Source of the DNA: Malacoraja senta
Lineage: Eukaryota
Direction of reading: 5' to 3'
DNA: 64,000 bases
Assembly: GCA_038087875.1 (NCBI GenBank)
Contig: CM075989.1
Span: forward strand, 21,640,001-21,704,000
The notes under the pieces were generated by a model, which had not been told where the DNA came from, did no database searches, and saw nothing but the letters and a program-made list of their open reading frames with translations. Shown here in pieces: positions 10,732 through 23,569 of the stretch (its first letter is position 1; every line of letters begins with the position of its first letter). The translations under genes were made by a program, and so were the position numbers.

Positions 10732-11959
10732 CAGGTGTGAGCTGAAAATTCTGACTATTCACATTATTTTCTTGTCGCTCTTTAGCCTCTCCCTGTCCAA
10801 GTGACTCCTGAATTAGTTCTATATTTTCATTTTGAGCCGGCATCATGGCTGCTATCTCAAATTCAGCTTGCTGTTCCGTGTCCTGTTTCGCTGTTTCTGT
10901 TACAGGGAGGTTTTCTTCTGGTTGAATGCTAGTAGATGGCTGGATAGCTCCACCACACTGATTTCCTTGTGTTAGTATCAATGTATCTGCTTCACCGCTG
11001 GCACTTGTTGCCTCTGTTAGTGGCTGATCCAAGAAAGCAGTGATTGGTCTTAATTTCTTCACCATATCATTTTCAAGTCTCTTTTTCTTGCGCTTGCGAG
11101 CACCACTTTCAAATATTTTACCCATGCTCAGATTAGAATCTGAAAATAGAAAGTAAAATTAATCTTTAACAGTTATTAGAAAGGAAACATGAAGGGGCGT
11201 TCTCACAAAATGGGGTCCACTTGAGTGAAGAAAAAAACCCTCTGTATAGTAGTTGGGAAATATTTCTTAAAGAATTATTCCTTATTGACAATTATATTGC
11301 AAAATCTGAATCAAATCTGAATCAAATCTGCTTCCAAAAACCATTTACCAAAACGAGTATACTTTTTAAATGTTAAAACAAATAGTAAATACCCAACAAA
11401 AAAATCATATTCATCAGTTTCATCAAATCAATTAAATTCATCTAATCAATTAAATTCATCTGAATTCAATTACTAGATCTAAACATCTATCCATTTCTTA
11501 AGAAAAGGCTAACATTTTTAAATAGCCAAAGTATCCAAATAACAAATAACAAACTGATCCCATTCACACAAGAATTCACAATATAACATGATTTTTAAAT
11601 CTCACTTTGCCATGAATTTATATGCCAAATGGAAGGGATGTAATGTTTAATTCCCATAAATTAATCCAGAAACATCCACTCTGAAGATAATTAAATCTTT
11701 TTTTTTTGCACAATACATCTGACTAAAACTGTAGTGGATATTTAGTATGAAAAATATTGATGATGGATAGACAATAACACAAAATATAGATGACATGATT
11801 GTGCAAAAAAATAATGAATTTGATTATCTTGAGAGTGGATGTTTCTGGATTGTTATCGATTGGAATGTGGCCAGTGCCATGATTTACGCCCCGATATCGG
11901 CAGGCAAGATAAGGCCGATTCGTATCGGGGCCTAAATAACAAAGGACAACGGACAAAGG

Positions 11960-12730
11960 ACATTTATTGCCACATACACCAATTGGTGTAATGAAATTTG
12001 AGTTGCCGTTGTAGCACACAAATAAAATAAACACAACATTATAGAATTTAACATTAAACATAAAAAACAGCTCCCCACAGCGGGATCAACGTTTCCACTG
12101 TGAGGGAAGGCACCAAAGTTCAGTCCACTTCCTCCATGTTCACCCGTGGTCGGGGCCTATTGAGGCCTCTGCAGTCGCCGCCATGGCAGCCCGATGTTTC
12201 AGGCCCTCTTGCCGGATGATGGAACTCCGGCGTCGGAAGAACCACGGCTCCCGAAGTCCACAGGCCGCGCTGGACGGAGCTCCAACACTGGCGATCTCGG
12301 CGAGAGGCCCCAGGCTCCACGGTGTTTAAAGTCAGCGCTGCCCGCGGCTGGAAGGTCCGCAAACACAGATCCATGATGTTAAAGTCGGCACTCCGGAGCT
12401 CCACACAGCGACCCGGGTAAGGCATCGCCCCGCTCCGCGATGGTACTTCAGTGCTGAAGCTGCAGCACGAAGCTCTGGCCAGTCCCGGCAGGAAAGGCCG
12501 CACCAATCCGAATGGTAGGCCGCGAGGAGGGGGCGAAGATGCGGCGCGGAGGAAGGACGCATCCTCGCCCTGGTAGGGACTGGGTAAAATGGTATTCCCC
12601 TTCCCCCCCCCCCCACCCCCACATAAAAAGACTAAAAAGACTACAAGGCCTCCAGAACAAAACTTTTTAACGAACTAAATTGTTTTTAAAGGGTGAAGAG
12701 CGAACAGCTACAGGCAAGGCTGCCACCACC
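11960..12730 (-). mobile_element. GC-rich non-autonomous retroposon-like repeat (second copy at 50375-51198)
   Basis: Co-linear similarity to 50375-51198; minus-strand end CACCAATTGGTGTATGTGGCAATAAA plus short repeat tail. Confidence 0.65.
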
Positions 12731-13197
12731 ACTCGACATTTTCCACATCAGCAGATTAAAATGAAGTCACAACAAAAAGCAAGAAAATATCTTAAATACA
12801 CGACATACCTTTTGTTTTGTCCTGCACTTGCGATCCGTGATGTTGAAGGCGTTGGAGACGTTTTTAGTCGCGTTTAACTTCAATCCAGCAGAAACGGGAG
12901 CGCAATCGTAGAACGGATTTTCTTCATCAGGTAGTATCTTTGAGTAGCAGTCCGAGCAAATTCCTCTCCGACAACGAATACAAACCTCACCTGCATTTTA
13001 ATTCTGCCCTCCCCCCCCCCTCCACCTCCACATCCACGGAATCGCAAGCACAGTGCCACTGATGGTAGGTTTTGTAACAATGCCACTATGTCAAAAATAT
13101 TATACACTTTGGCATAGCGAGGCCGAGGCCCCCTAGATCTCGAGGCCCTAGGCTTTAGCCTATGAAGCCTGTACATAAATCCGGCTCTGTTCCTCCC

Positions 13198-13595
13198 CCC
13201 TTCACCCTATTTCCTATTACTCCCCTCTTTTCCTCATTTCCTCTCCCCCTCCTTCTACCTCCCTTTCCTTCTCTCCCTCCCCTCCTCCCTCTCTCCCTCT
13301 CCCTCTCCCTCCTCTCCCTCTCCCTCTCCCTCTCCCTCTCCCTCTCCCTCTCCCTCTCCCTCTCCCTCTCCCTCTCCCTCTCCCTCTCCTCTCCCTCTCC
13401 CTCTCCCTCCCTCTCCCTCTCTCCCTCTTCTCCCCCTCAACCTCCCTTCCTCTCCCTTTCCCTCTCCATCTCCCTCCCTTCCTCTCCATTTCCCTCTCCC
13501 ACTCCCTCTCTCCCTCTCTCCCTCTCTCCCTCTCTCCCTCTCTCCCTCTCTCCCTCTCTCCCTCTCTCCCTCTCTCCCTCTCTCCCTCTCCCTCC
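13198..13595. repeat. CT-rich polypyrimidine tract, (CTCTCC)n
   Basis: Direct inspection. Confidence 0.95.
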
Positions 13596-15354
13596 CATCC
13601 TCTGGCTTCTTCAAGCTGCCCGCCTCCCAATTGTCTATTCCACCCACATATATAAATTAGGCCATGAAGCTGCAAGGCGACAACCTGAATTAAACACAAA
13701 ACAAATATCTTTTGCATTAAACAATGTTGTCAAACAGAATCTCCTCCAAATTAACATGAGCAATGTTTCAGGAGATGGGCTCATATTAATAAAGGCCTGG
13801 ATCATGAAGGGCTTCTCTCTAGAGGGGAGATTTTAAAAGAACACCGTTATGTGCTTCATTAACATACCGCAGGTGTGAATGCATTTTGAATTCTGTTCAA
13901 CTTTTCTGCACCTTTTTGACGAGTTGAATTGTTGGTGGAGGGGGGGGGGATTTGGAACGCTAAAGGACTGATGCAAAAAATTCCATCCACTTTCTCGCCC
14001 GTTTATTCACCAGAGTCATCTACATAATTAGGGCAACCTGCATTTTCTTTCATTGTTAATAAAACTTAATGCTTGTACACTATTAGTCACATAACAAGGA
14101 ATTGTGCTGAAGGAAAAGACAATAGCACAGCGTGAAATAAAATGTACATCTTATAAACGCATTACTAACTGTACTTCATTCGGAAGGGTAAGTTGGACAT
14201 GTTTTTTTTAATTCATAATGCTGAAATTTGAGATTCTAATTCGAAGCCCATTTCCCGATGCCATTAGACTAGAAGCGTAGCTGCTTTTCTTTTCATATGT
14301 TTGGGTCGCAAAAAATATATATGAATTTCTGATCTGAATATTCATTCACAGATGTTGGAAAAATATTCGCAGGCAAGTTCACTGCCATTTGCCGAGTCCA
14401 CTCTGTTGACTGTTTATTCTAGAGGGAGGTGATTATTTTTTCAGCATGTACCCTGTACGGAACCGCCAAGAGGATATGTCCAGATTAAAATGGGTCCAAA
14501 AAAAAGTGGTTTAATATTTCTATTAATACTGGGAAAAACATGCGGTCCGCTCGGAATAACATTATGTTGGTACATTACTTTTAAAATTCTCCGGACTGAT
14601 GTATACCAGAGACATATTACTAAAATCTTTCATGTGCTGTCTGCTTCTTTTATCCAGCTCACTTGCACTCTGTCCTTATCCCCCTGAGTGTCCTTTTGTT
14701 TATTGTCTTTTGTTGTTGTGTGCATAACTCAGAGGCGACGCAATCAGTTTTAGAGGAAGTCCAATATCACAAGGTAACAGATTATGGAGAGGGGAAGGAA
14801 AAAAAAACCCTCTTATCAAATGAAGAATAGTGGCGAGAGGTCAGGTGCAGATAAACAAGAACATAGCACTTCTGAAGGTCAGGAACCTTGTATGGTGGTT
14901 CTTGTTATGTCTGACCTTCATATTTTCATCATCACTACCCCTGACAACTTAATAATGTTGAGGTACAGGATTCATTTTTCCCGTCGGAGTGCTGGTGCCG
15001 ACCGCCCATTCCTGATTATTTCCCTGCACTCCCAGCTGCCCTTTACAGGCCAACCATAGCTCCATCAATCTTGCTTTTCTCACCCTGCCCCGCTCTCAGC
15101 CTCACGCTCGGCCGATAGATTTTACTCTCTCTCTCTCTCTCTTTTTTTTTTTTTCCTTTCCGCGCGAAGCAGCTGTCTGTATTTGCCAAGAAAATGGCCT
15201 CCCACTGCCTCAGCATCACGCTGAGATTAGCTGGTTCAGGAGCGTGGCTTATGGCAGCCTGGTGTCTGTCTGACATCCGCGCTGCACTAAGTCGGCAGGG
15301 CTAAAACCGCGTGGAATTTGATCCGCCGAGCTGGTGGGCACCGTCGAGATTGAA

Positions 15355-15655
15355 GGGGTTGGGGGGGAGAGTGGGGAGAGTGGGGAGAGGGGGTGGGGGG
15401 CAGTTGGGGGATGAGGGGGAGAGGGAGCGGGAGAGGGGGAGAGAGAGGAGAGGGGAGTGAGGGAGGAGGGGGTGGTGGGGGGAGAGGGAGGGGAGAGGGG
15501 AGAGAGGGAGGGGAGAGAGCGGGGAAAGGGAGGGGGAGAGGGAGGAGAGGGAGGAGAGGGAGAAGAAGGGAGGAAGGAGAGGGGGAGAGGGGGAGAGGGG
15601 GAGAGGGGGGAGAGGGGGAGAGAGGGAGAGGGAGGGAGAGGGAGGGGGAGGCAGA
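15355..15655. repeat. GA-rich polypurine tract
   Basis: Direct inspection. Confidence 0.95.
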
Positions 15656-16599
15656 GAAGTGCAAAAGGGACGGGAAAGAACATTTTGAGGGGCGCAACAA
15701 GAGAGGGAGTGAAAACGGGAAAAGGAAGAGTGTAAATTTGATGCCAGTGGATGTAAAGATCGAGAAACAAAGACTAAAAAAAAAATTAGAAATACGTGGT
15801 TGTTAAGCAAATGCTGGGAGGGAAGTTAGTTAAAATGGGATGAGACAGATTCGCAGAGTGGATGATCTTTTGCACTTAGCAGGACTTGTGCTCATGCATG
15901 TTGCTCGCTGAACGAGTGCAATTTGTAACAAAGATTGCCGATGTCACGAGAGAGGATAATGTGACTGGCACGCACCAACTCGATTACCCCCCCCCCCCCC
16001 CCTCACCCTCACCCTCCCCCCACACACCTTCCTCCCAATTAAGTCACTTTCGGCTAATAAGGTGATGCTCACCCTTTAGACACAGCTTGACTGATCCAGC
16101 CCACCCACTATATTATTCAACACAACATCAGCCAGCTTAAAAATTAACCATATGGCACTGCTTGTAGTTGGTTGATTTAGGTCCAAACCAAGACATGATC
16201 TAATGGATGTGTCTGCAATAGAGCTTGTACCCATGACACAGGAGGCACGCAGCATTTTGTTCACAAGAGGAGATTTAACCAGGGAGCCAAACTGGATTTA
16301 AGGACAGATATAACATTTCACTGGATTTTATTTCATTTAAAATTGAATTTTAATATTATAAATCCAGAAAAAGAAGTCTTAAAATCTATGGGGCCAGAAT
16401 GTTCTGTGTGATTAACAATGCGTTTATCGTGCTCTGTTACTGCGTTCATTTGTCACAAAGCTTCATCGTAGTAAAGACTCCCTGTTTTTACAGTAGTTAC
16501 TAGATAGTGATCCAATAACTAGATCTAACAAACCCAAGACAAGGGTTCCAATCCTAATTCTTCAGCTGTAGAATTCCAACTCAGTTAGTTCGGTACTTA

Positions 16600-16888
16600 A
16601 GGGCGGCACGGTGGAGCAACGGTAGAGTTGCTGCCTTAAAGCACCAGAAACCCGGGTTCGATCCTGACTACGGGTGCTGTCTGAACGGAGTTTGTAAGTT
16701 CTCCCCGTGACCGCGTGGTTTTTCCTCCAGGTGCTCCGGTTTCCTTCCACACTCCAAAGACGTGCAGGTTTGTAGGCTAATTGGCCTCTGTAAATTGTCC
16801 CTCGTGTGTGTAGGATAGATCGCTGGTTGGCCCGGACTCGATGGGCCAAAGGGCCTGTTTCCGCACTGTATCTCTAAAGTAAAGTGTA
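16600..16888 (+). mobile_element. HE1-like SINE
   Basis: Full-length match. Confidence 0.85.
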
Positions 16889-17105
16889 AAGTATTTGAAG
16901 CGGAGGTGAATACATATTTGATAGATGGAATAAGTGAGGAGTCTGGAGAAAGGTCCGGGAAATGGAGTTCAGCCCAACATGGATCATCCATGGTTATATT
17001 AAACGGTCAGGAGGTGGGCATCGACAACATCATCTGGCCAGGCCGACCCTTGCAGCTTTGACCCAGTGCCATCGCCTTGGCCAACCGGTCTTTGTGGCCA
17101 AGTTA

Positions 17106-17643
17106 AGCCCCTGTCCCACTTTCACGACCTCTGCCGATTGGCGACCTCTTCCGAGTTTGCCCTTGACTCATACTCGCAGCATGGTCGCCACGAGGTCGTA
17201 GGAGGTCTTCGTAACTCTTCCTCGTGCTCGTGAGTGGTCTCCGCGTACTCGTGGCCTCAAGTAGGTCGCGGCGTTTTTTCTAGCCTGATAAAAAATGTCC
17301 ACGAGTAAAAAAAAAGGTCGGCATGAAAAAAATGGATACTTTTTACTCGTAGGTAGGTCGTAGTAGGTCGTGATGGTAGTCGTAGGTAGTCGTAGGTCGG
17401 TAACTGGCCTGAGAAAAAAATGCAAACTTGACATCATATTATCATGTGATAATTTTCCACTCGTAGCTAGTCGTAGTTGGTCTTAGGTGTGGAAGACTGA
17501 GGTCGAGGGGGGTCGCAGGAGGTCGTAGACATAGTCGGGGGAGGTCTTTTACTTCGGCGAGTCAACACAACCTTGACATTTTTTTCAACTCGTCTAGGGT
17601 CTTCTAAACTTGTGGATTAGGTCGTCCAAGTGGGACAGGCCCT
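17106..17643. mobile_element. PIF/Harbinger-like MITE, family A
   Basis: TIR AGCCCCTGTCCCACT / AGTGGGACAGGCCCT, TTA on both sides; inverted homolog at 48031-49165. Confidence 0.85.
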
Positions 17644-17809
17644 TTAAGACTCAAATATTTTGTTTTGGTTTGGGAGTTGAATGGAACAGGATGGTGCCTA
17701 AAACATGGCGACTCTTGTGTACTGACTGAAGGTAGTCTACTATCTTATATAAGGTCATAAGGTCATAAGTGATAGGAGTAGAATTCGGCCATTCGGCCCA
17801 TCAAGTCTA

Positions 17810-18160
17810 CTTGTTGGGGGAGTCCAGAACCAGGGGCCACAGTTTAAGAATACGGGGTAGGCCATTTAGAACGGAGATGAGGAAAAACTTTTTCACCCGG
17901 AGAGTTGTGAATCTGAGATTTGTGAACCTCTTGAAAGCATCCAGAGAATTGGCCTCAGAAGGCAGTGGAGGCCAATTCCCTGGATGCTTTCAAGAGAGAG
18001 TTAGATAGAGCTCTTAAAGATAGTGGAGTCAGGGGATATGGTGTGAAGGCAGGAATGGGGTAGTGAATGTGGATTATCAGCCATGATCACAGTGAATGGC
18101 GGTGCTGGCTCGAAGGGCCGAATGGCCTACCCCTGCACCTATTGTCTATTGTCTATTGTC
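17810..18160 (+). mobile_element. CR1 3' fragment (rearranged)
   Basis: LGESRTRGHSLRIRGRPFRTEMRKNFF plus (TATTGTC)n tail. Confidence 0.75.
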
Positions 18161-18587
18161 TTGTCTTTGTCATGTTGTATTTACGCAAGATTCCAACATC
18201 TGTGGTTTCTTGTGTGTCCACAAAACATCTCCTTGGTTTGGCCACCAGCGTACGGTTATGGATGGACAGATAGACACAAAGTGCTGGAGTAACTCAGCGG
18301 GTCAGGCAGCATTTCTGGAGAAAAGGAATAGGTGACGTTTTGGGCTTGAGACCCTTCTTCTACACTAGTTCTATGTTATCCCAGTTAGGGTCCCGACCTG
18401 AAACGTCACCCTATTGTCTATTATCTATTGTGGAATAATACAATTCTTACTTGCAGCAGCAGAACAGAATATGTTTGCAAGTGTTTGTCAAAGAATTTTT
18501 TTTTTAAATCCACGCTATTAAAATGCTTGTAATCATGTAACCAAACATGTCTTCAGTGGAACGTCAATATAAATGTGTCTGAGTTAG

Positions 18588-18890
18588 TGGCGGCATGGTG
18601 GCGCTGCGGTAGAGTTGCTGCCTCACAGCGCCAGAGACCCGGGTTCGTTCTTGACGACAGTTGCTGCCTGTACGGAGTTTTGCACGTTCTCCCCGTACTC
18701 TCTTGTGTGGTTTTGCTCGGGAATCATCACGGGTTTCCTCACACACTCCAAAGGCATACAGGTTAGTGGGTTTATTTGATTGGCTTGGTGTAAATGTGAA
18801 TTGTCCCTAGTGTATGTAGGATAGCATTAGTGTGCAGGATCGCTGGTCGGCACAGACTCGGTGGGCCGAAGGGCCCTGTTTCCGCACTTT
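18588..18890 (+). mobile_element. HE1-like SINE
   Basis: Diverged full-length match. Confidence 0.75.
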
Positions 18891-19249
18891 ATACATCAAC
18901 CAATCTAAACAGAAAATATCACACCAGTGTTTTGCAAGGTTATATTATTGGAAGTGAATGGTTAGACATAATTTCATATTTGTGCGCATTAACAGCAAGG
19001 AAAGTCTGAAATGTATTAACATGATAGAATTATTGCTCTGTTTGCACCTATTTCATGTCAGAATGTTTGAAGGTCCCTTGATATCTATTCAGGCTTGATT
19101 GAGCCAGGCTTTCCCTGTTAGGGGCCATTGATTTATAGTAAACATATTGGCAGATTGATCAAACACACTGGGATTTACTGCCATGTCCGCCAGAGATGTT
19201 ACAGAAGTGGGTTTGTTTTATGAACAAACCTCCACCTGGTCTATTTTAA

Positions 19250-19862
19250 ATTAGTTTAGTTCAGTTTAGAGATACAACACAAAAACATGCCTCTTCGGCC
19301 CACCGAGTCCGTGCCGACCAGCGATCCCCGCACACTAATGGGGCTGTCCCACTGTTCGAGTTAATTCAAGAGTTCTCCCGCGTTTCCCCTGATTCGAACT
19401 CGGGAGAATTACGGTAATAGCCGCTCGTGGGTACTCGGGCTCTCGTGGACATTTTTCACCCTATGTTGAAAAATCTTCACGGGTCTTCCCGAGCTTACCG
19501 CATTTCCCGAGTACCTGCCGTTAGCGTTACGAGCCGCTAAGAGACGTCCCCGAGCTCTGACGTACCCGCTACGTACATTCTACGTACTTACCACGAGCTT
19601 GATTTTTTTTAAAACTCGGGAGAGCTCTTGGGTGAACTCGTACAGTGGGACAGGGCCATAACACTACGCTGCATACCGAGCCAATTAACCTATGAACCTG
19701 TACGTCTTTCGAGTGTGGGAGGAAGCCGGAGATCTTGGAGATAACCCACACAGTCATGGGGAGAACGTTCAAATTCCATACAGATAGCACCCATAGTCAG
19801 GATCGAACCGGGTCTCTGGCGCTGTGAGGCAGTAGCTCTACCACTGAGCCACCCTGCCACCC
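19250..19862 (-). mobile_element. HE1-like SINE interrupted by MITE family B
   Basis: SINE halves rejoin at CACACTAA|CACTA. Confidence 0.8.
19339..19658. mobile_element. Harbinger-like MITE, family B
   Basis: TIR TGGGGCTGTCCCACTG / CAGTGGGACAGGGCCA, TSD TAA; near-identical copy at 37450-37764. Confidence 0.85.
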
Positions 19863-19989
19863 TGACGCTCACTCACTGTAAATCCACGAAACGTCTCTAT
19901 GACCGTTCTTCTATTTAATAATTAACACGCACTAAACATTGGATACAACTGGTAAATGTAACCAAGGGAAGCAACAGGACTGGACTAGG

Positions 19990-20228
19990 ACTGAGATGAA
20001 GAAAAAACGTTTTCACCCAGAGAGTTGTGAATCTGTGGAATTCTCTGCCACAGAAGGCACTGGAGGCCAATTCACTGGATGTTTTCAAGAGAGAGTTAGC
20101 TATAGCTCTTAGGGCTAACAGAATCAAGGGATATGGGGAGAAAGCAGGAACGGGATAATGGCGGTGCAGGCTCGAAGGGCCGAATGGCCTACTCCTGCAC
20201 CTATTTTCTATGTTTCTATGTTTCTATG
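19990..20228 (+). mobile_element. CR1 3' fragment
   Basis: 3'UTR plus (CTATGTTT)n tail. Confidence 0.75.
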
Positions 20229-20229
20229 A

Positions 20230-20580
20230 CTAACCCAGCGGGTCAGGCAGCATCTGTGGAGTGTAACAAAGATAGACACAAAGTGCTGGAGTAACTCAGC
20301 AGGTCAGGCAGCATCTCTGGAGAAAAAGGATGGATGACTTTCGGGGCGGGACCCTACTTCACCTATGCATTTTTTTCCAGCGATGTTGCCTGACCCGTTG
20401 AGTTACTCCAGCATTTTGTGTCTGTCTTTGGTATAAACCAGCAAGTGGAGTTCTTTGTTGCTGGCATCCGTGGAGGGAATGGATAAGCAACGTTTTGGGT
20501 GAGAACTCTTCAGACCAGTCCCGTTGAGTTCCTCCTGCACTTTGTGGTTTCTCACGATTCCAGCATCTACAGTTCCTTAT
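20230..20580. mobile_element. Penelope-like terminal repeat fragments in inverted arrangement
   Basis: GCTGGAGTAACTCAGC..GGCAGCATCTCTGGAG and its reverse complement facing each other. Confidence 0.6.
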
Positions 20581-20824
20581 ACCTCGTCTGCATTAAAGTA
20601 CTTGTTTTTATTGGACTAATTTGGTTTGGGATGTATTGACATAAGGATATCTGCGTACCACTTCCATGAGAATATCTACCTTATTCTATTCTCTATCACA
20701 AGCTGCTCCCACAGAAGTGCTGGAAGGATGTAGGACCTTTCTAGCTGGTCCATGCTACTCATTTTAAGCAGCACTCACTTACCAAATGTTTTCTACATCA
20801 GTAAACAGCATTGCAATTAGAGTC

Positions 20825-21830
20825 GGTAGTGAGGAAGGCAAATGCGATGTTTGCATTCATTCCGGGAGGACTAGAACATAAAAGCAAGGATGTAATGCTG
20901 AGATTTTACATGGCTCTGGTCAGGCCACGTTTGGAATACTGCGATAGAAGGATGAGAGGGGATCTCATTGAAACATATAAGATTGTTAAGGGCTTGGACA
21001 CGCTAGAGGCAGGAAACATGTTCCCGATGTCCAGAACCAAGGGCCACAGTTTAAGAATAAGGGGTAAGCCATTTAGAACGGAGACGAGGAAACACTTTTT
21101 CTCACAGAGAGTGGTGAGTCTGTGGAATTCTCTGCCTCAGAGGGCGGTGAAGGCCAGTTCTCTGGATTCTTTCAAGAGAGAGCTAGATAGGGCTCTTAAA
21201 AATAGTGGAGTCAGGGGATATGGGGAGAAGGCAGGAACGGGGTACTGATTGGGGATGATCAGCCATGATCACATTGAATGGCGGTGCTGGCTCGAAGGGC
21301 TGAATGGCCTACTCCTGCACCTATTGTCTATTGTCTATTGTCTATCAGTTTTGGGCCCCGTAACTGAGGAGGGATGTGCTGGCACTGGAGAGGGTCCAGA
21401 GGAGGTTTACGAGAATGATCCCAGGGATGATTGGGGTAACATATAATGTTTGAAGGCTCTAGGCCTGCCCTCACAAGGAAGAGGGGAGCCGAGATACAGT
21501 GGGTGTGGAGAAGATGTTTCCGCTAGGACTAGAGGGCACAGCCCCAGAATAAAAGGATGTACCTTGATAATGGAGATGAAGAGGAAATTCATGATACAGA
21601 TTAGTGGTGAATCTGTGGAATTCATTGCCATGGTCGAAGGTGGAGGCCAAGTCATTTGGGTAGTTTTAAAATGGAGTTTGATAGGTGCTTGATTCGTAAG
21701 GGCGTGAAAGGTTGCAGGGAGGCAGGAGAATGCGGTTGCGAGAGAAAAATAGATCAGCCATGAATGAATGGCAGAGTAGACTCAATGGGCCGAATGGCCT
21801 AATTCTGCCTGTTATATAATGTCATAGTCT
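20825..21830 (+). mobile_element. Older CR1 ORF2 3' region with a younger CR1 3' fragment nested at about 20945-21345
   Basis: KANAMFAFI..LVRPRLEYC is interrupted by a near-copy of 1495-1906, then resumes QFWAP.. Confidence 0.75.
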
Positions 21831-22249
21831 TAAGGTCATTGAAGCCAAAAGGTCTCAGTCTTCAAAATCATCACCAAATTGATTGCCATGGATCTGTGTA
21901 TTGGCCACTATCACTGATGAAATCGATAGCCTTCAAAGGTCATAGAGTCATGGAAAGTAGTGAGTTAGTTTTAAGCATCCTGCTTCCTCCATTCCTCATG
22001 CTAACGTGGATCTATAATTATGTTTGAGCATGAGTTACAGAAATTCTTGGTTGTAAATCTGTATTTGATGGTCGATTCGATCAACGTGCATCCTGTGGAT
22101 GTTCCACTGGATGTTCTTGGGCTGAATGTATAATCCATTCATTTCACTGGCAGTCAGATATTATAACTAATTAGATGCTAAACATAGAGGGTTTTCACTC
22201 TACAGTTATATGAAGCATGGTTATACAACACAACACCAATAATCCGATA

Positions 22250-22800
22250 GGTCAAAATCAGCATGGATTTGTGAAAGGGAGATCTTGCCTGACAAACCTC
22301 ATGGAATTCTTTGAGGAAGTAAATAGCCGGAAAGTCAAACGAGAGTCAATGGATGTTGTTCACCTGGATTTTCAGAAGGTCTGAAGAGTGTTTGACGGAA
22401 CTGGGCTTGCACTCACTGGAGTTTAGAAGGATGAGAGGGGACCTCATTGAAACCTACCGAATAGTGAAAGGCCTGGATAGAGTGGATGTGGAGAGGATGT
22501 TTCCACTAGTGGGAGAGTCTAGGAGCAGAAGCCACAGCCTCAGAATAAAAGGACGTACCTTTAGAAAGGAGATGAGGAGGAATTTCTTTAGTTAGAGGGT
22601 GGTGAATCTATGGAAATTAATGCCACAGAAGGCTATGGAGACAAAGTCAATGGATATTTTCAAGGCGGAGATTGATAGATTAGTACGGGTGTCAGGGGTT
22701 ATGGGGAGAAGGTTGGAAAATGGGGTTGAGAGATCGAATGGCGGAGCAGACTCGATGAGCTAAATTGGCCTAATTCTGCTCCTGTGTCTTATAGTCTTAT
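22250..22800 (+). mobile_element. CR1 fragments (RT start joined to 3' end)
   Basis: QHGFVKGRSCLTNLMEFFEEV, then LGLHSLEFRRMRGDLIETY and a type II tail. Confidence 0.75.
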
Positions 22801-23569
22801 GGTGCATGCCAATGATGGATAGATCACACTGCAGGTTAGATGGTAAATTAAAATGGAAGGCAACTAGTAGCTCAAGTTGATTGATATGCAATCGACTGAC
22901 TACCATGATGCCTGGGGAGGTTTAATATGCTCTGTTAGAACATGTGTAAATGCACTCAAATAGCATATGGAAACAAAAACTGTACAAACTAACAGCAGCA
23001 ACTAACTCCCACTTCCACAACTACCATGTACTGATGGGGAATGATGAGGCAGGATATGAAAAATAACTGCACATGCATAAAGAAACACAAGGCAAGAAGG
23101 AAAATGAAAATAATGTTATTGATTTACTTTTAAATCAATAGGGATATTTCAAAGGAAATATTATTTCAGCTCGGTCAAATGCAGGTGAATTGGCTGTAAT
23201 CTACAGGTAACCAAATTCTCAGGTGTGACTGACAACAATCACATTGTGGCCATTGGAAGTAGCCCAGGCAATGTCATGTTCATAATTTATAGGAACAGAA
23301 TTAGGCCCTTTGGCCCTTCAAGTCAACTCCGCCATTCAATCATGGCTGTTCTATCTTTCCCTCTCAACTCGATGACTCGATGATTCATATCCTCTTCTTA
23401 CTTTGCAGGACATACAGTAAGTATGAAAGGAGTGTCACCCAACTTAAACCAAAACTACAGTATAAGTTTTTTAAATTGTTTTTTTTTAAATCCCTGGTGG
23501 TGTCCAGCTGAGTGGGTAGTTATTTTCCCACACCATGATAATGTGGAAGGGAAGTAAGTTCATAGGTCC

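Larger units (their letters stand above)
9930..11125 (-). pseudogene. N-terminal part of a hAT transposase (basic NLS-like start, TTF-type zinc finger), interrupted by two insertions; catalytic domain absent
   Basis: MGKIFESGARKRKKK..; DVGLW..; RVWLVYSPSKGRIYCFVCKLF..EGFDDW..HENSENHRNAM; frame rejoins across the insertion at 10218-10447. Confidence 0.8.
9848..13189 (-). mobile_element. Internally deleted hAT DNA transposon (TTF zinc-finger, Tip100-like)
   Basis: TIRs CAGTGCCGGATTTA / TAAATCCGGCTCTG; perfect 8-bp TSD TTCCTCCC at 9840-9847 and 13190-13197. Confidence 0.9.

Noticed and set aside
10720..10735. Perfect splice donor G|GTAAGT in the hAT transposase (minus strand)
   Set aside because: Created by the (ACTT)n tail of an inserted retroelement on the opposite strand
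13162..13836. Long Ser/Leu/Pro or Gly/Glu/Arg ORFs (also 15249-15810, 60589-61005, 62316-63075)
   Set aside because: Artefacts of CT/GA/CA simple repeats
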